This document shows, in pieces, positions 26,453 through 45,229 of a stretch of 64,000 nt of DNA (position 1 is its first letter; each line of letters opens with the position of its first letter). A program made the translations under genes and the position numbers. The notes below the pieces were generated by a model, which worked only from the letters and a program-made list of their open reading frames with translations, did no database searches and was not told the DNA's origin. The stretch is taken from positions 280,178,001 through 280,242,000 of the forward strand of contig OZ024742.1 of NCBI GenBank assembly GCA_964016885.1, written 5' to 3'. This DNA comes from Eledone cirrhosa. Lineage: Eukaryota.

Positions 26453-28065
26453 GAGAGAGAGAGAGAGAGAGAGGGGGAGAGATAGAGAGAGAGAGAGAGT
26501 GAGAGAGAGAGAGAGAGGGAGAGAGAGAGAGAGACATATCCATTAATTGCAAAAGTATGCATATAACATGTATATGCAGGGGCGCATGTGCATGCGCGTG
26601 CGTTAGTAAGTATAAATGAATATACGTAGAACTTGTTAAACATTCTCAATTATCCTTGGGATTCATGTCATATTAAAATATATTCTATCATTCCGCCTTA
26701 TACGTATATACCTTTACAATAACTTGTAATTCACGTGCTAAATTGTACTACAATATAAACCTACAGATTTGTAGCAAACAATATGTGTTTGAATTAATTT
26801 ATGAAAAATAGACAATTTCACATGGGACACGATGTTTGGCAGCTTTATGTTGCATTGAAATTTAGCAAAAGAACTGCACTAATCAAACGCATTTGAAATT
26901 TTAGATCAAACTGACTGCAAAGTATACAGCATGAATGCAAGTTGGTATGGGCGATTCACTAATATTCTTCATAATATTAGATATATAGTGTCAACGTGCA
27001 CACTTCAGAAACTGATACAACGATGACATTTTTCCTTAGTGGAGATTGTATAAAAAGAACGTTGTTTAAGGATAATTTAATGAAATAAACTTTATACTCG
27101 CATGTAGTACATTTTAGCGTCAAATTTGAATTCTGATTATGCATCAATAAATTACATAAATATCTATCCGTCAGTAATGCGGAATTTATGCAAATCAGTG
27201 TATCCGATTTAAAAAAATTGTGGCAACATACAGTGTCACAGTGGAGAACAAGTACAACCTCTATAAAAATTTAAATTGATTAAGCTCGGTCATTTTTCGA
27301 TTCATATTCAGATACTATAGAAAGACAATAGTTTACGAGTGTCAAGTGTATTTTGTTAAATAAAATTTCATTTACACAGGCTTTGTTGGGTGAAATCTAT
27401 AGGTTTCTTTTGTGGTAAATTGTAGCATGAAAATTCAAACACTATTAACGTACCAGTAAATCATTATCCTTTCATGTAGATGTGAATATAGTCGTGGGCA
27501 AACTCACGCGCTAACACGCAGACCCATACACACATCTATACACACCCATGCAGAATTGTTCATATGTGTTTATATACTTAAAGCAACATGTAGATAATTA
27601 TACGCTTTTAAATATACGCACATAACCACTAGTTCCAGTAATGCAGTAACATATCGTATATTTTTGGCGTACACGTTCGATTTTAATGTTATTTGATGGA
27701 GTATATATCAATGTGTATAGACACACTTAAACACACGCAAATAATCTCTCACACAAAAACACATGCACACACATATATACAAACGTATGTATGTGAGTGT
27801 GTTTGGTTGTGTGTGCATGTGTGTTCGTGTGTGTGTGTTTGTGTGTAATAGAAAATGATGTTACTGTATTTCATGCAGCTTGTTGAATAAGGTAAGCACC
27901 TCCCACAGGAACAGGAAGTGCATGTACATCTTTATTAGAGCAAAGGCTCCGCATGTTTTCCCACCTTGAATATCACTCTTACTTTCCCCCTCTCTCTCTT
28001 TCTTCAATCAACCCACTTCAATCAACTTTCTGCCTCCGTTCATCTTGTGTGTATGTATGAGTGAA

Positions 28066-28113
<48 letters not shown>

Positions 28114-28125
28114 TGCATATATACA

Positions 28126-28241
<116 letters not shown>

Positions 28242-28326
28242 TATACATACATACATATATACACACACATTTGTTTTACCTGCTTACGCATAAATGTATG
28301 TGTGTATGTACGTATGCATGTATGTG

Positions 28327-28387
<61 letters not shown>

Positions 28388-28396
28388 GCATACGAG

Positions 28397-28443
<47 letters not shown>

Positions 28444-29021
28444 GAGAAGTATATTAAGAGAGAGGGTGAAGTGGAAATGCGGTGTAAGGAGTACAACTAT
28501 CTCAAAATGTATTCATATGTATGTAAATATATGCATACATGTTGCTTTTCCACTACCATTTCTTGTTAGGCAAAGAAATGGTGTAGTTATAAATATATGT
28601 GCATGTATGTGTATAAATGCGTGTTCATGTGAGCTTATGTGAGTTTATGCATGTACACATGTGTGTTTTTGTACTGTCATTTACACATGCATGTACATTC
28701 ATAAGAGTATTCGTATAAACGTCCATTGAACCGTATGTACATGTATGTAAATATGCATGTAATAAAACTATATGTATGTATGCATGTATGCATGTATGCA
28801 TATATGTATGCATGTATGCATGTATGTATGCATGTATGTATGCATGTATGTATGTAAATATGCATGTAATAAAATATATGTATGTATGCATGTATACATG
28901 TATGTAATTATGTATGCTCGTATGCATATATGTATGTAAGTATGGATACATGCAGACACACATACATTTATACACACATATATATATACATGTGTGTGTG
29001 TGTGTGTGTAGTCTCGAACTA

Positions 29022-29150
29022 GCTTTTGAAACGGCTTAGGCTCAGCTGTCGGGCCGTGACACTTTTACTATAGTCACACTCTACTATCCCAACTATTGAG
29101 TACTCTATTCAATAATGATCTAAGTAGTTCAATACTGGTTTCCTCCTAAT
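29022..29150 (+). mobile_element. Diverged family-A pLTR end
   Basis: gaaacggcttaggctcagctgtcggg..cactctactatcccaactattgagtactc. Confidence 0.65.
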
Positions 29151-30517
29151 ATATATTTATATACACAAACACAAGCCAACATACACATACAATGCTTTAT
29201 AATAGTAGTAGTAACGAATACATTTTCTCTATTACTCCTTCAGAATATATAAAGGAAATGATAATAAAAAGTTATTCTAATTAGGTTATATTGAAATATT
29301 TACATAGATTAGATAATTCTATGAGCGCATTTGACAAATATGTGATTGTAAATTAATTGTACACCAAGTAATCGATATGAACGTCATTGACTCATAAATA
29401 GCTTTATATCTCTTTAGAATGCTAAGCTGTAATTTGGTAATACATTATCGGGGAATATTATTCCTTGCCTTCTGAATGACTTTCCTTAGCATCCCTTTTG
29501 GTATCGACTGCTTCTCGGATTATATTTTATTTTTCATTGTTTAGGCAACGATAGCGCGGTGAGGCAATGTTCAGTGCTCTTTATTGTTTCTAGGTCTAGG
29601 GATATGCGGTTAAACTTCAAACCGGATATTTGGTTCGATTATTTGCAACAGAAAGAATACCGCTAATTGTAACCGCGGACACTGTTGAGATTTTAGACAA
29701 GTCGATAGATTATGGTTACAGCTCAAGTTCTCAGAAGTTGTGTACCTTTAAAAAGATCCGAAAACAATTTAATTCAAACGTAACACTTCCATCAAATCCA
29801 TTTATGGACTGGTATATTATTGTTTACACACCATAAAAATTAATTTCTGTTGATTATGATATAGCAACCGAGAAAATTACTTTAAATCTTCCACACTTAC
29901 CCATTAACCACTTCAACACCTTTCGTCTAAATATTCCCCCAAATATTTGCTAATGTTCAGATTTAATATTTGTGTGACCCACATGAATATTTCATTCTCT
30001 CAAATCATACATTCTTTTTCATATACTTATGTAGATTTATTATAGATTGAGACTTCGAGTCGATAACATGATGGAAAATATTATCCCCGATGTGAAGCAT
30101 TCCAGGTTAATTCTATAGTATAAAAATATTTCTCAGTCGTCATTATTCGATCGATGTTTATAAAATCACATTCTCTGGGTAGTGCGAAACATTATCGACA
30201 GTTAACAGATCAGCCCCTCAGTTTGATTCTATATTTTTGACATAATTATTTATGTTTTTTTTTCAACTCCCTGATTTACATACTGTCTTCTAAATGCAGT
30301 GAACTCATCACTCTATAGAGCATTATTTGACTGTAATCTGGTATATGAGAATCTCCTTAGCATATTTCCTTTCCGAAAATACTGTCTTTTAGCTACACGT
30401 CTATTACCAAGCAGGCATTTGAAAGAAGAAACTGCATAGCAAAAATGTGTACAAGATCTGAAAATAGGCAATTATGGTGGATACATGTACATCTATAATA
30501 TTCTAAAGGGCAAAATC

Positions 30518-30584
30518 AAGGAAAGCCAAAACATTTTCGGATTTCAGATTCAGACATCATTTGCAAAAGATTTAGCGAAGACCT

Positions 30585-30587
<3 letters not shown>
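30518..30587. repeat. ~70-bp inverted repeat paired with 32899-32966, bracketing PLE-3 outside its (TA)n tracts
   Basis: ttcggatttcagattcagacatcatttgcaaaagatttagcgaagac vs gtcttcgctaaatcttttgcaaatgatgtatgaatctgaaatcggaa. Confidence 0.85.
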
Positions 30588-30650
<63 letters not shown>

Positions 30651-30651
30651 A

Positions 30652-30687
<36 letters not shown>

Positions 30688-30688
30688 G

Positions 30689-30792
<104 letters not shown>

Positions 30793-30802
30793 CATACATA
30801 TA

Positions 30803-30898
<96 letters not shown>

Positions 30899-30919
30899 AA
30901 TACATATATGTACATATAT

Positions 30920-32859
30920 GGAAAGGTGGATTGGGTGGACCAAACCTATACGGACCCACCAAAACAATGATCAGGTAAGAAAAATGGTCGCACATGCAAT
31001 AGGGGCTAGTATCAAAACTACCCTAAAGGGCAACATATTCAAGTTCAACGAGAAGATCTACACCCAAAATGAGGGAGCAGCCATTGGCGTCAGCATATGG
31101 TGATGTTGCCAACCTTTTTATGGTATGGTGGGAAAGGAGACTTAAAGATCTCCTTAATGAGAACTCCATAGACCTCATCATGTACTCTCGTTATGTAGAC
31201 GATATCAATATAGTTATAAGAACATCCCCACTAGAGAGCACTAACAAGTTTGATTTAGAACGTAGCACAATGGAAAGCATTCAGCAGATAGCTAATTCCA
31301 TACACCAGAGTATAACTGTAACTATCGACTACCCTTCCAAACACCCTAACAATAGACTACCTGTATTAGACACGGAACTCTGGATTAACACTATAGACGA
31401 GAGAGCCCAAATTCTCCACTCACACTATGCTAAACCCATGGCCTCCAAATACCTGATACTCAAAAACTCAGCAATGTCCAGTAGTGCTAAGTTTAATATT
31501 CTGATCGCAGATTTGGTACGAGTGATGAAGAATGTGTCCCGCACGTGCGACCCAACAGAGATGGAAAGACACATCCAACACTTCATCAACCGCATGCAGT
31601 TCTCTGGCTACAACCAAAGAGACAGAGTCAGAGTATACGAAGGAGCCATGGAAAAGTATAAGACCCTCATAGAACTGGACATGAAAGGAATTTGCCCATT
31701 ATACAGGAGCAAATCTAGCTTAGATAGGGCTAGACATAAGATAGGGAAAGCCACCTCATGGTACGACAACCAGAGATACCAGAGTGTCATGTTTGTGGAC
31801 GCTACCCCGGGAGGGAAATTAGCTAACCAGTGTAGAAAGGCCCTGAGAAAGACCCACTTAAAGATTAAGGTGGTAGAAAAGCCAGGAACCACCATAAAAT
31901 CCCTGATCAGCAAAACCTACCCTTTTAAGAAAACCCACTGTACTAATAGTAAATGTATCATATGTAAGGTAAACCCCCGGATAAACTGTAAAACTAGAAA
32001 CGTAGTCTATAGCATAAGATGTACAGAGGGTACTTGCAATAACATGGCAACAACATACATAGGCGAGACAGCTCGTAGAATAGGTGAAAGGATAGACCAA
32101 CACTGGGGGTAACTAAAAGGACGAAAAAACAGGTCAGTACTATACGAACATGCCAGACAACAACACGACGGTAACATAGACAACATAGAAATTAGAATAA
32201 TATCTAAACATAGAAATGACCCAGCAGATAGGCAAATGAGAGAGGCCAGTGAAATAGAACTTAGAAGGCCAAGACTAAACAGAATAAATGAATGGAATAA
32301 CATTACCCAAACAAACAACACTGACCTAAGAGAAGTATAAATAAATAAATAAATATATAAATAAATAAATAAATACATACACAAGCTCAATAACAACAAA
32401 CACATATAAACACACACTAGTATATATAGAATACATTAACCAATACACAGTCACCCAATCACGAAAACACATCAAACAAAACACTATACACACACGCAAA
32501 CGCATGCGCAAAGAAGACAAAATAAAATAAACAAACAAACAAATAAATAAATAAATATATAAACAGACTAAATAAAGATGGCGTAGACATACAATGTAAC
32601 GGGAGGAAACAATAGCACCACTGACGATGTTGCAGATGTGCAGAGAAAGAACTTTGATAAACTATATATATGTGTTTGTGTCTATATTGTATCTGTATTA
32701 TTTTTTACCATTCGTCAGTCAATGGCAACATTGAGGATCGAATAAATTAGATTACCGATATAAAAGACACAGATGCGAAAAGCGAAAACCAACCAAACAG
32801 TGAGTGTGTACTGTTATTAATTCTGGCAATATTACACAAATATGACCTTCCCCAAGTAT

Positions 32860-32865
<6 letters not shown>
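30920..32865 (+). mobile_element. 5'-truncated PLE-3 (RT + GIY-YIG, lightly decayed) with 3' pLTR
   Basis: [63 protein letters not shown]; degenerate HHR core CUGACGA at ~32621; (TA)n on both sides. Confidence 0.92.
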
Positions 32866-32904
<39 letters not shown>

Positions 32905-32965
32905 CTTCGCTAAATCTTTTGCAAATGATGTATGAATCTGAAATCGGAAAATTTTTTGGCCTTCC

Positions 32966-32991
<26 letters not shown>

Positions 32992-32998
<7 letters not shown>

Positions 32999-33190
32999 GT
33001 GAGATTTTTTTACAAAATGATAAATAACCGAGGTGTCCTACACGAGTGAAAGTATAAAGAAAAAAGATGAAATCGAAAATGCAACTGGAGACATATTTAA
33101 AAAAAAATATATACATATTTATTTGGTTCCTTTACCGTTTTCGCAGTTATTCTGCTTTTCAAAAGTAGAGTTGAGATGGTGTGTCTGTGG

Positions 33191-33196
<6 letters not shown>
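32992..33196 (-). mobile_element. Family-B pLTR (single arm + tail) with a decayed UUGAAAA hammerhead at ~33129-33167
   Basis: Colinear with 2725-2930. Confidence 0.8.
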
Positions 33197-33569
<373 letters not shown>

Positions 33570-34003
33570 TTATTTGGGTTTGTTGGTTCACCACTGGATA
33601 GAATTGGTCATTCCGTATGGTCAATCTTGATGTAATATTATGGAGAGTACTCAACGTAGTGCAGTTCACCCGTCTTCGATTGTGTAGTTGGTGGTGCTAA
33701 TACGGAGTTAATTATTTTAAATAAAATAACAGGGGGCTGGACTGATGTAAATCCTTACTAGATGGTCATTAGTAGAGCGAGTTGCCATCACTTGCGGACG
33801 ATTGAACGAGGGGAAAGCAGCTAGCTGGTGAGTCGTTTCATTCTGTCTCTTATTTTCGACCCACGTATTTTATATATTCCTTATATTTCGAATACCTGAT
33901 GATATCACCGGATTCATACGGAACCCAGTCATTGAAATGATTATAGTATTATAAACTTTTCAAGGATTTACACCAGTCCAGCCTCCTGGTATCTTATTTA
34001 TAA
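33570..34003. mobile_element. Short pLTR element with inverted segment (~33722-33757 vs ~33963-34000)
   Basis: gggggctggactgatgtaaatcctt vs aaggatttacaccagtccagcctcc; (TA)n flanks. Confidence 0.7.
33891..33950 (+). ncRNA. Type-I hammerhead ribozyme
   Basis: AAUAC-CUGAUGA-UAU..GGAUUC(AUACG)GAACCC..AUU-GAAA-UGAUU-AUA^GUAUU; stem II imperfect. Confidence 0.75.
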
Positions 34004-34010
34004 TATATAC

Positions 34011-35998
<1,988 letters not shown>

Positions 35999-36010
35999 TA
36001 TATATATATA

Positions 36011-36200
36011 TAGGAACAAGTATGACACCGACGGCAGAGACAAGCTGTTTCGACGGCTAATTCTGCAGAATTAGCCGTCGAAACGGCTTCAGCTCTGCAG
36101 TCGGGGTCATACTTGTTTCTATTACCCACTCTACTACCCTAAGTATTGAGTACTTTGGTGCGTTATGATCCATCTTGTTCTTTACCACATTTCCTTCGTT
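36011..36200 (+). mobile_element. Family-A short foldback + tail
   Basis: Palindrome centred on ttctgcagaa (36061-36070); same outer end and tail as 33231-33441. Confidence 0.85.
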
Positions 36201-36221
36201 ATATATATATATATATATATA

Positions 36222-36301
<80 letters not shown>

Positions 36302-36453
36302 TACATATATATATATATATATGTATTTATATGTATATACATATCTATATATCTCTATATATATGTATATATGTGTATATATATATATGTATATATATAT
36401 GTATGTATATATATATATGTATATATGTATATATATATATATGTATATATATG

Positions 36454-36530
<77 letters not shown>

Positions 36531-36608
36531 GTAAATATGTATATATATGTATATATATGTATATATATATATATGTATATATATCTATATATATAAATAT
36601 GTATATAT

Positions 36609-36653
<45 letters not shown>

Positions 36654-36832
36654 TACATATATATATACATATATATACATATATACATATACATATATAT
36701 ATATGTATATATGTATATATATGTATATATATATATGTATATATATATACATATGTATATATACATACATATACATATATACATATATATATATACATAC
36801 ATATATATACATATACATATATATATATACAC

Positions 36833-36874
<42 letters not shown>

Positions 36875-36969
36875 ATACATATATATATATATATACACAC
36901 ATATATATATACATATATATATACAAAATATATACATATATATATATATATATATATGTATAAATATGC

Positions 36970-37006
<37 letters not shown>

Positions 37007-37068
37007 AGTATATATATATATATATATATTTCTATATGTATGTATATATATATATATATGTATGTATA

Positions 37069-37130
<62 letters not shown>
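36200..37130. repeat. Long interrupted (TA)n/(TATG)n/(TACA)n microsatellite
   Basis: Direct reading; similar tracts at 28068-28380, 30588-30918, 37800-38470 and 55735-56390. Confidence 0.95.
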
Positions 37131-39720
<2,590 letters not shown>

Positions 39721-39736
39721 ATATATATATATAAAT

Positions 39737-39830
<94 letters not shown>

Positions 39831-40064
39831 ATATATATATATATAAGTAAAATGCTATTATATAGATAAGACCAGTGAGATCATTAAACAAATTAGTACT
39901 TCATACCTTAAAAAATCAGTGTAGATATTAAGAACATTTTTGCCATTGTTAAGCTATTATGGTTTGATTTATTTATTTAATTTTCACATTTGAAACGGTC
40001 AAAGCATAACTGATGTGCAATTGTCTTTATACTAGCTATCTATCAATCTATTCACCTGTGTGTG

Positions 40065-40106
<42 letters not shown>

Positions 40107-40167
40107 CCAAGGCTCTGATACCATGAACAACATAAACACAGAGCTGGCATATCTAAGAACTGACTAC

Positions 40168-40221
40168 CTGCCTGATGAGGTCATAGCCATTCAATGGCTA
40201 TCATCGAAATATATATAGCAG
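40168..40221 (+). ncRNA. Intact canonical minimal hammerhead inside a ~165-bp island (40103-40268) between (TA)n tracts
   Basis: CUGC-CUGAUGA-GGU-C-AUAGCCAU(UCA)AUGGCUAU-C-AUC-GAAA-UAUAU-AUA^GCAG, with AAUAAA just downstream. Confidence 0.9.
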
Positions 40222-40263
40222 TAAATAAAGGATTATGAGTTCATGCAATTGACTTATGTTTCG

Positions 40264-40449
<186 letters not shown>

Positions 40450-40639
40450 AAAGGTAAAATGTGAGAGGAAAAAAGTCATGTCTATGTTTATATATATTCT
40501 CATGTATGCAATTTAGGATGTGTACATGTAATTTTATGTAAGTATGTACGTATGTATGTATTTATGTGTGTAGGTAAGTATGTTTATATTTTTATATATA
40601 TAGAGATAGATGTGTGTGTGTGTGTGTGCGTGTGTGTGT

Positions 40640-40709
<70 letters not shown>

Positions 40710-41319
40710 ATGTGTGTGTCTGTGTGTGTGTGTGTGTGTGTCTGATTATGTGTGTGTGTGTGCGTATGTGTGTGTGTGTGTGTGTGTGTGTCTGATTATG
40801 TGTGGGTGTGTGTGTATATATATATACACACACACACACATATATATATTTCCTTTCTGTACTGCATATTTCATAACTATCACGTTTGGAATTTTTCCTC
40901 CTACAGGTTTTTCACACATTAACAGTTAGCATTTTTCTGCAGTTTCCGGATTAAAAATATGAATGTATTAATAATAAATGAATAAATACGAAGAAAAATA
41001 AAATTAAAAGAAAGCTTTTATTTTCATTTAAAGAAATGTTTGAAGAAATGTTTGAAGTAACGATAAAAGCTGCTTCAAATTTCAACCAAGAAATCTTTTT
41101 GGTGAACACAACGCAAAATAATAACCTTTGAATTCCTTTCACCACCATATTGAACAAGAGTCTCATCCCTCGGGAATTTCATATAAAGAATTGTTTAGAA
41201 ACATTCAGCTCCTACTCACACTGTATCTAATATATAACCATAAAATACTACGCAAAATGTATACATGCATGCATATGAATGAATGTATGTATTTATGTAT
41301 GTAAGCATGTATGTATGTA

Positions 41320-42300
41320 TGTTCTTCTGGTTTTATAATTTCACAAAGTTTTACCAGTAGAGAGAGAGCCGGTTTCTAACATAGACACAAGACTCTCTCA
41401 TTGGAATTTACATAACATCAACTAGGTAGGTATGTATGCATGCATGCGTAGATATGGATGTTATTGTATATGTGGATGTGTGTTTTGAGTTGTATGTGTG
41501 CATGTGTATATGCGTTGCATCTGTATATGTGTAAATGCAGTTATTAGATGCAACATTTTGGAATGTCTTACATATATTTACTGTTCCATTAATGGATTGT
41601 ACTTGTAATTTCCTAACTAGTTGTGTTCTTTCTGTTCTTGTGAAGCCTAGCTTCTCAAGATTTGTATTGAGGCAGTTACTAACATATCCCAGTGCTCCAA
41701 TAATCAAAGAGATAAATCTGAATAGTAATCAGGGTGGAGTATCTGCAGATTTCTCATCAGTTCTGCATAAATGTTCTCCTTTTCACTAATCTTTGATATT
41801 ATATTGGCATCTGCTGGGCAGCTAATTTCCACTACTGTGCATGTTTTCTTCTCCCTGTCCTATATCGTAATATCTGGTCTGTTTTGCCCGCATTTTATTG
41901 GGGTTTTTACTGGAACATTCCACCAGTACTCTTTCATATTATCTACATGGATGTCTTCCACATTGCTGTAGCTTCTTTTAATGTGTTTATTATCGGGGCT
42001 ATCTTTTTTACGAACTGCATTGTACAGTGATTTGGCCACTACATCATGCCTCAAAGGTAGATAGTACCGCGATGACATCTTTGGACAGCTGCTAATGACA
42101 TTGGTGATATCTTCGATGTTAGTTCTGCAAGTCTGCACTTGTTATCACATATAGGTGTTTTGCCTGCATCCCTGTCTCTTTTGTGAATCAGCTATTTCGT
42201 GTTAATCTCCTGTTCCTGGATTGCAAAAGCGTATCCTTCAAAGCAGGAGCCAATATTGCGGTTGTTGGTCCAAGATAGACTACTTTCCTTATCCTTATCT
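41320..42300 (-). mobile_element. 3' part of an RLE-type (R4/Dong-like) non-LTR retrotransposon
   Basis: Decayed CCHC-type region CRTNIEDITNVISSCPKMSSRYYLPLRHDVVAKSLY; WWNVPVKT..NRPDITI..VVEISCPAD; IIGALGYV. Confidence 0.8.
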
Positions 42301-42600
42301 ATATTACTTTATTTATATATATGCACATATGAATGTTTATACACAAACACACACACACACACACACATATGTGTGTGTGTCTGTATGAGAGAGTAGCAGT
42401 GCGTGTGTGTACGTGGTTGGTTGTGACACAGATTTTGTATATATTATATGTATGTATGTGTGTATGTATGCATGTATGTATGTATGTATGTATGTATGTA
42501 TGTATGTATGTATGTATGTATGTATGTATGTATGTATGCATGTATGTATGCATGTATGTAGCCATGTATGTATGCAACTATGTCTGCACTTATATATATG

Positions 42601-42684
<84 letters not shown>

Positions 42685-42765
42685 CATATATATAAGTGCA
42701 GACATAGTTGCATACATACATGGCTACATACGTGCATACATACATGCATACATACATACATACAT

Positions 42766-43062
42766 ACAAGCGGAGCTGCTGATGTATACCACCATTTCAA
42801 ACTGCTAGTCTTGAGTGATACGTTGATGTAAATAATGAACTTACAATCACATGTTATATGCCTTGAAAAGAACCACCATATGGTCGGACGAAACGGCTGT
42901 CGGCAATAAACTTGTTATAATGTCATAATAGTTACTTTGTTCTTTTTCATTAATGTTTCTGCTCTGCTTATACGCATAGAGCTTAACTAGCTACCGTCGC
43001 ATATTTGGTAGGTCAGACGTGATCATCGCGATTCACATACGACCTACCATACATCTTGCTTA
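42766..43062 (+). mobile_element. Family-E pLTR with hammerhead and tail
   Basis: Matches ~35812-35998 and RC of 34112-34183. Confidence 0.8.
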
Positions 43063-43387
43063 TATATATATATATATATGTACATATATATGCATATATA
43101 TATATATATATATATAATCGAAAAAAATGAAACGAAATTTCATTTCTCACTCTTAGTACCGCTGTTACTTAAATATAAGTATGTATACGTATATACATAT
43201 ATGTATACAGACGTACAGTATTATGTATATATATATATATACATACATGCACACATATATATATGAACGTATGTATTCACCGAACATTTATTATAATGCT
43301 CAGTGTGTTTGTAAACAAACATCCCGAATTAAGCCGTACAGTGTCTAGCAACCACCGTTACTCATTTGTTCCACACTGACAAAGGAA

Positions 43388-43428
43388 CACTGTACTAGTT
43401 TCAAGCTTATTAGCTATCGTCAGCAACG
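43388..43428 (-). ncRNA. 41-nt minimal hammerhead ribozyme
   Basis: RC: CGUUG-CUGACGA-U-AGCU(AAUA)AGCU-U-GAAA-CUA-GUA^CAGUG; bracketed by a ~24-bp inverted repeat (~43336-43359 / ~43451-43474). Confidence 0.8.
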
Positions 43429-43577
43429 TATACCTTCCTTCCAGATAATTGAACGATGGTTGCTAGACACTGTACAAAACTGATTTATCGTTCATTTGCT
43501 CTCATTCTGAGGCATTTTGGAGTGACGCCAGTTTGAAATTTTTAACTCGGGAATTTTATATTCTCCGACACAGAAAT

Positions 43578-43658
43578 GCCTTCTGACGATAATCTCTTTC
43601 TTAATAGAAAACCTCCTGGATTATCTATTCGTTTAGGATTTGAAACCGCGCTAAAGGC
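43578..43658 (+). ncRNA. Hammerhead with extended stem II (one stem-III lesion)
   Basis: GCCUU-CUGACGA-U-AAUC..AAUAGA..UCUAUU..GAUU-U-GAAA-CCGCG-CUA^AAGGC. Confidence 0.7.
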
Positions 43659-43726
43659 CCATATAGTAAGTATAGTGAATTTTTTAAAATGTATATAGAA
43701 TGTTTTTCTTTATTTGCTTTACCTTG

Positions 43727-43758
<32 letters not shown>

Positions 43759-43761
<3 letters not shown>

Positions 43762-43920
43762 GAAAAAGTATGACCCCGACGGCAGAGCTCAAGCCGTTAC
43801 GAAACGGCTTGAGCTCTGCCGTCGGGGTCATACTTTTTGCTATTGCCCACTCTTCTACCCTAAGTATTGAGTGCTCTGGTGCGTTATGTTCCATCTGCTT
43901 CTTACCACAATTCCTTCGTT
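43759..43920 (+). mobile_element. Family-A shortest foldback + tail
   Basis: caggaaaaagtatgaccccgacggcagagctcaagccgtt-acg-aaacggcttgagctctgccgtcggggtcatactttttg + tail. Confidence 0.88.
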
Positions 43921-43934
43921 ATATATATTTTTAT

Positions 43935-44013
43935 ATTGCCTCGTCTGACGAACGAATGAAGACGTTTTCTTTCGTATTCGCCTCATTCGGAAAACCTCTG
44001 GTAATGAGGTAAT
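43935..44013 (+). ncRNA. Hammerhead of the PLE-2 family as a solo pLTR fragment
   Basis: AUUGCCUCGU-CUGACGA-ACGAAUGA..UCAUUCG-GAAAA-CC(UCU)G-GUA^AUGAGGUAAU; 10-bp stem I. Confidence 0.75.
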
Positions 44014-44369
44014 TATATTGTATTGATTTTTATACATTATATATATATACATAAATATATATATACATACAGGATTTATTAAAATTAATATTGGAATAAA
44101 TAACAATTATATTTTCTATATATAGATTCTTCTGTCATTTTTTGATCGTCTTACGTAATGTTTTGCACTTTAGATCACTCAAATTCCGTATTTGTACATG
44201 CTCGTGCTCTTTGTATGCGACGGAGCATCCTCGCGCTTGCATCTGATTATTTGTTATAAGTACGAGGTAATATATTATATGAATGTAAAATTTACGCTGA
44301 TAATATACGAACGATACACACATACACATACATATATGTATATTTATATGTGTGTGTGCGTGCGTGAAG

Positions 44370-44560
44370 GCTCGTGGCTGAGCAGTTAGAGAATTGGATT
44401 CGCAATCACGAGTTTGTGCGTTCAATTCCCGATGATGCGTTATGTATATGGGCAAGACACGTTACTCCTTCTACCTGATGTTGCGACCGATAGATATTAT
44501 TTGCAATTAGAAATACCAATGGAAAAATTGTTTCCTCGGTCCGCTTTGACGAAGAAATCC
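44370..44560 (+). mobile_element. Diverged tRNA-derived SINE (second family)
   Basis: A box TGGCTGAGCAG, B box GTTCAATTCC, gggcaagacac core. Confidence 0.5.
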
Positions 44561-45229
44561 ACTGTCAAATATATATATATATACATATACATATATTGTG
44601 TCAAGTCACTCCTGTTTGTTACTGGTACCTTGTAAATCAGTCCAACCTGTGACATGGTCTGATCCTCATTGACTAAACTCTACCGAACTTGCTTGTTATG
44701 GAGGATGATTTAGAACACCATGTAGATTAAAATCATAACCTGCCAAAGGGCGGGTGAACTCCAGCCATCCAATATTGTGTATACATTGTGTGGGTGTATG
44801 AATACGTATATATGTGTGTTGGGTTTCTTTGCGAGTGCCTGTGTGTGCATATATATATATATATATATAGAAGTGGTTACACAAGAGTTAGTTCACCATA
44901 CCGAGAACAATTGTTTCACTATCGCGGATCTTCAGCTCGGGATGTGTATGTTTATAGGAACAGGAAGGACTGTTGTGTAACCACTTCTACCTAACTCGTC
45001 CCTTGGACTGAGTTCTCTACCACTACGGATATTACTTTCCCATGTTCCACAACTATATATATATATATATCAACATTTAAAAGAAATCTTAAAATAAAAC
45101 TAAATAATTCTTTTTTTGCATTTCACTTTTATTTATTTATTTAGCTACGGCTGATACAGCTACCAATAATCATGTTATGTTTTTATGTTTCTGTGAAAAG
45201 GACACTGTAAAATCCTGCGTTTGATACAG

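Noticed and set aside
27860-27900. Possible micro-exon (..catgcag|CTTGTTGAATAAG|gtaagc)
   Set aside because: 13 nt, weak pyrimidine tract, no supporting exons; expected by chance.
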